A stretch of DNA of 64,000 bases, from assembly GCA_009103225.1 (NCBI GenBank), contig RHPI01003079.1, positions 201,163 to 265,162 on the forward strand, given 5' to 3'. The notes under the pieces are model-generated. The model ran no database searches. It saw only the letters and a program-made list of their open reading frames with translations, and had not been told where the DNA came from. How positions within the stretch are numbered: position 1 is the first letter of the stretch; every line of letters begins with the position of its first letter. The DNA is from Chlorokybus atmophyticus. Lineage: Eukaryota > Plantae > Mesostigma and Chlorokybus algae. A program made the translations under genes and the position numbers. This document shows positions 59,452 to 64,000 of the stretch, in pieces.

Positions 59452-60536
59452 TACGCACACACAGGTACACATTGCGTTGCGTTCGCTAGTAGGTGTGCTA
59501 TGCTGGTTTATGCTGCATAACATCGTTGGAGAACAATAAACACTGTCTGTGGCAGGTTTTCGTGCCACACTATGCGTGTGAGCCCCAGTTTTGTCTCGTT
59601 GGTGTGGTGGTCTGTTGTTGGGTGGTGATCTGGCTGCTGAGCCTTCTGCAAGCAAGCTAGTGAGTTGAGATCTGTTCAACGTATCCAATACGTCGCTTTC
59701 ATCAATGTGCATCAGATTGCGCATCCAGATTGTTGTCATCTCTGAGTGTGTACGTCCGCAAAGCTTTAACTGCTATGACAACATGTGCCCTTGTCAAGCA
59801 GGCTTTGATGCATCCTCACCCTGCACGCAGTCACATTCATGCTGTTGACCAACAATTCTGGGTGAAGACTTTCTCACACAAGCCGGTGTTCCGTGCGCAG
59901 GTTCTTGACCCGAAGCACTTTGCTCTGTGGATACCACGCAGAGCACTGTTTGTAACAAAGAGTAACGGTTTGCTGCTGCTTACACTGTGTGTTGTGAATC
60001 GTGTGAAAAGCAGATGGTGCTATGCGTAGCAAGTAGTTTTGAGGTCTGCACTACGCAGTTGTAGCACTAATCATTGCTTCTCAACACATTCAACCACACA
60101 TGCAGCAGCAGCAATACCACCAGGTTTTGTATGATGTTTGCACACTCTGTACATGACTGCACCAACAGGAAGGTTGCCGCCAATGATTTCCGGTTAACGG
60201 CAACCACATGCAAGCACACAACATGAGCTGATCCAAGCTGCCACTGTTTGTCGATGTTAGTGTGTAGAGTCATTGAACATACGAGGTTTAGACCTTTCAC
60301 AAGCGAGCATTGGCTTCTAGCGCTTATTCCTTCTACCAGCGTAAAACTAACCCGTACTAGTGAAAACCCACCAGCTTGTACGTGATGAAGTGGTTAAGAA
60401 AACCCGGGGTGGAAGTCATTTAGCTCAATCTTTCATGAGCTTGGGTGCACCGAGGCAGGATGCAGCCGCCAACACCAACATTCCGGTGGCGAAATGCATT
60501 GTAGATGACGTGCACTGCATCATGCCACAGTGATAA

Positions 60537-60537
60537 G

Positions 60538-60596
<59 letters not shown>

Positions 60597-60676
60597 NNNN
60601 NNNNNNNNNNNNNNNNNNNNNNNNNNNNNNNNNNNNNNNNNNNNNNNNNNNNNNNNNNNNNNNNNNNNNNNNNNNN

Positions 60677-60742
<66 letters not shown>

Positions 60743-61009
60743 AGAGAGAGCGCGAGAGCGCGAGAGCGCGAGAGAGAGCGTGAGAGCGAGAGCGCGAGAG
60801 CGCGAGAGAGAGAGAGAGAGCGAGAGCGAGAGCGAGAGAGAGCGAGAGAGAGAGAGAGCGCGAGCGAGAGAGCGCGAGCGAGAGCGCGAGCGAGAGCGAG
60901 AGCGAGAGCGAGAGCGAGAGCGAGAGAGCGAGAGAGAGAGAGAGAGAGAGCGAGGGCGAGCGAGGGCGAGCGAGGGCGAGCGAGGGCGAGAGAGGGCGAG
61001 AGAGGGCGC

Positions 61010-61077
<68 letters not shown>
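60537..61077. repeat. Compound (GA)n microsatellite with GAGC/GAGGGC variant units and an assembly gap
   Basis: Visible directly; N run at ~60597-60676. Confidence 0.97.
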
Positions 61078-61078
<1 letters not shown>

Positions 61079-61265
61079 GCACACACACGTGCACGGACAT
61101 CGAGCCTGCGCCGCAGGTGATGGTCATAGTGTAGTCATTGCAGGGGACGACATCGATGTCCGCAACGACGCGTACAATCTCACGGACATACGGGTTGACA
61201 TTGCCCCGTCGTCGGGTCCACGCGCACAGCCAACAGGTTTGGCTTATTGTAAAAAATGAGGGAGA

Positions 61266-61560
61266 CACAGGGCTTTTTACGCGCGGACCAGTCGTACGCA
61301 GCCCGTAGACCACGTCTGGTACGTTGTAGCGTACCAGTGCCGCGACTGGTTCGGCATGATCGGACCACCGGTGGTCCGGCCCCGGAGCCCGCCGATATGG
61401 TCCGAATGACCGGACCAGGGCTGGTCGAGTGACCCGCGGGTACAGCACTGGTCCCGTTTGCGGTTCAACCGTCAGGACCAGGGCTGGTCGTGCCCCTCGT
61501 GGCCTCGAACCCGCGGAACACTGGTACAACAAGGTACAGATGCTGTGACCAAGTCTGGTC
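61266..61560 (+). mobile_element. Probable orphan end of a transposon related to the 27.5-kb element
   Basis: CACAGGGCTT...GGACCA resembles the TIR start CACACGGCTT...GGACCA and is followed by 8 GGWCC sites; no partner end found. Confidence 0.5.
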
Positions 61561-61638
61561 CTCATACGCCGACGTCGTCTAAAGAACCAGTCTTGGTGCG
61601 TACCACTTCCAAATTGCAGTCTTGGTTGCCGTGATCGC

Positions 61639-61813
61639 ATGGAGTCGGGCCGCGATCTTGCACACGTCAGCAGAGCGGTAAGTACGACACTGTACTTATC
61701 CCGTGCTGAAACCCTAATCGCAAGGTTCGCATGGAGGCACTGCTTGCGTCGTTCGTTGATGTTAGCGGCAAGCTACTGGAGTTGGAGGCGGCACCGGAGG
61801 CGGCAGTGCTGAG
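61639..61813 (+). CDS. Start exons of an unidentified gene
   Basis: ATG...GAGCG|GTAAGT, telo-box AAACCCTAA at ~61708, and MEALLASFVDVSGKLLELEAAPEAAVLR|GTATG; downstream exons not resolved. Confidence 0.3.
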
Positions 61814-63030
61814 GGTATGCCCACTAAATGCTTACTTACGGTGGTTTTACAGCTGCATCACATTCAAGCTTCATGCATTGTATGTTGCTGTTCAGTTTGT
61901 AGTCATTAGCATTTGTACAACAGCTGGTACAGTAGTTCTTGCTGGTGGCAGCGGCTCTTGCTGCCGGTGCTGATGCCGTTGATGCACTGTTATATTGTTC
62001 TGTGTTTGTGTTTGTCTTTGTGTTTGCGCCTGCTGCGTTTCTTCACAACAGCACAGTTTTGAGCAGCAGCCACGGCACTATAGAAGGCTGCTGTGTACTC
62101 TTGCTGTAACTCACGACTGGGCTAATTGCGTGCCTTTACTTGCTTCTTGTGCTTGCTTCTTTTGCTTGCGCATGATTCGCTAATCATGAGCGCGCAATCA
62201 ATCCAGCTGGATTGATTGTGCGCTCGTAATTTGTCAGCTTGCATGCTGGCTTGCTATTGCTTGCATGTTTACTTGCCCGCCTGTTTGTGCGTGCATGCCT
62301 GCTTTAGGGGTTGAAATTAATGCGGCTGCGGCATTCTTGGGCTCAACCCAACCTTGGCTTCCGCAAGCAAATATAATATATATATAATATATATATATAT
62401 AATGTTATTTGCACAGACTTTATTAGGCCTTTGCACTCTGCAATTCCGCGTGCGCGTGTGAGTGCGCGCATGCTCATGTGTATGCGCATGCGTGCGTGCG
62501 TGTGTGGCTGAATGACCACGTGTGCTTACGCATGTACGAGTGTGTACACTCATTTCTCAACCTGTTCTGCTTGAACTGGGCGAAGATGGTTGAGACATTG
62601 ACGCGAAGCACCCAGAATTCCAGCAGTACAAACTGGCATTGCTCAGTAAGTGCCGATTATGTAGCATTATGATGCCACGCACTCGTGTAAGTTGGCACCT
62701 TCGCGTGCTAAGACATGTGGCAAGGTAAGGGACTGTTGGCTGGAGTGTGGCACCGTAAGCAAGATGGTCACCGGTGGCAAGGACAGTCCTTGCCAGCGAT
62801 ATTGGAAAATTGAGTGTACTCGTGACCGAAGCAAGATGCTGCTGCCAGCAGTGAGCCCATGCAAATGCTGAACAGCAGGTGAGCAGATGGGCAAGGGGAG
62901 GGCCGCAGGGGAGGATACGTGGTTGCATACGCACACGCATGTGCAAGCGTGTATGTGCTTTTCAGAACGCAGGCATGCACGTCATGTCATGTGTGCACGG
63001 TACACACATGCACGCACATTGTTGCAATCA

Positions 63031-63066
63031 GCTCATAGACCGCACTGGACAGTGCGGCCTATGAGC
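63031..63066. repeat. 36-bp palindrome (hairpin)
   Basis: GCTCATAGACCGCACTG-GA-CAGTGCGGCCTATGAGC: 17-bp stem with one mismatch. Confidence 0.8.
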
Positions 63067-63786
63067 CAGTTGCTGACTGCCTCATAATTCGAATTGGATC
63101 GTTCATATGAGGGAGTTCTGCATGTACGCTATGCATGTGAACTGTGTAAGCCCCNNNNNNNNCCCTTCTCACCCTCACCCTCACCCACAGTTCCTCTGTT
63201 AGAAGATGCGCACACACACACACCAGCACGCTGTGGACACGTGCACGTGCATGCGCTTACATGCATGTGTGCAGGTATGCGAACTGCTTTCCAAGCTAGC
63301 AGTCAGAAAAGAGAACAGAGTAAAAATTTGTTGTGCACGGCTTTGCGTACATGGGCACTACCTTGCCCCCGCTGCCTGCACTCTCCACAATCTTCAAGGT
63401 ACGATGAGTGTGTGTTCGCATGCGCATGAGTGTGCTTGCGTTCATATGTTCTTGGTCAGCGTGTGCGTGTGCATGCGCTGCTGCGCGAGTCACTCTGACA
63501 TGTTGCATGTGTTGTTGTGCACGCATGAGTGTGTAGGTGCACATGATGTCGACATCAAGAATGAGCTGCTTGTGGGAATGACACAGAGGGGTTGGTGGTG
63601 AAGACCACCCCGCTCAACTTCCAGGTAGGCCTGCTGAGCTTGGAAGGATTGGGTGTGAGGATGGCACTGACCAACGCCCACGTGCACGCGCGTGTGGGCA
63701 TTGGTCCATGCGCAAGCATGCGCACGGGGACACGCACAGGCAGGCATTTGCGCAACCATGCACATCTAGTGCAGCCTATGAGGCTG

Positions 63787-63892
63787 GCTCATAGACACTG
63801 CCTTATAGGCCGCACTGAACTGTGCGGCTTATGAGGCAGTGTCTTCAGGCTGGCTCATAGGCCGAACTGACCAGTGTGGCCCATGAGCCAGC
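63787..63892. repeat. Two more palindromes of the same family
   Basis: AGACACTGCCTTATAGGCCGCAC...GTGCGGCTTATGAGGCAGTGTCT (63793-63844) and GCTGGCTCATAGGCC...GGCCCATGAGCCAGC (63849-63892). Confidence 0.75.
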
Positions 63893-64000
63893 GATGCTAG
63901 GTTATAGATTCCAACAGTCATAGGCGGCTGTATGTGAGCCCGTGTGTATGTGTGCATGAGGTCCACCCCACAACAACACAACACGGTTGAAGGCGCGCAA

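Noticed and set aside
60420-61640. Long ORFs rich in ER/LS/RA repeats
   Set aside because: Translation artefacts of the (GA)n microsatellite and N gap.
62365-62410. Similarity between the AT-rich tract here and at ~38790-38820
   Set aside because: Explained by (AT)n low complexity alone.

Overview
Eukaryotic genomic DNA, most likely from a green alga. This is inferred from GC-rich exons, GT-AG introns full of (GT/GC)n tracts, a plastid-type CBSX gene, a PILS gene and a half-tRNA-primed copia. Bases 1-40.6 kb are a nested transposon block. A degenerate Ty3/gypsy element carries a C5-cytosine methyltransferase (DNMT) between protease and RT and a PHD finger after integrase. It is interrupted by a copia element, a solo LTR, an inverted second DNMT-gypsy and, in its 3' LTR, a 27.5-kb DNA transposon (12459-39968; 33-bp CACAC...GTGTG TIRs, ATA target duplication, GGWCC-rich subterminal arrays). 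That DNA transposon holds two diverged tandem units. Each unit has (i) a coiled-coil/Academ-like transposase/XPG-type nuclease/Cys-rich protein, (ii) a spliced cargo gene fusing a Cys/His module and a Tudor-like domain to a bacterial/phage-type C5 DNA methyltransferase, and (iii) an unknown antisense gene. All these TE genes are now disrupted. Bases 42-64 kb hold host genes (CBSX, PILS, PUF60, an AT-hook mTERF-like gene, unknown exons), microsatellites, a probable orphan end of the same transposon family and short palindromic repeats. Family assignments come from motifs recognised by eye; no database search was run.
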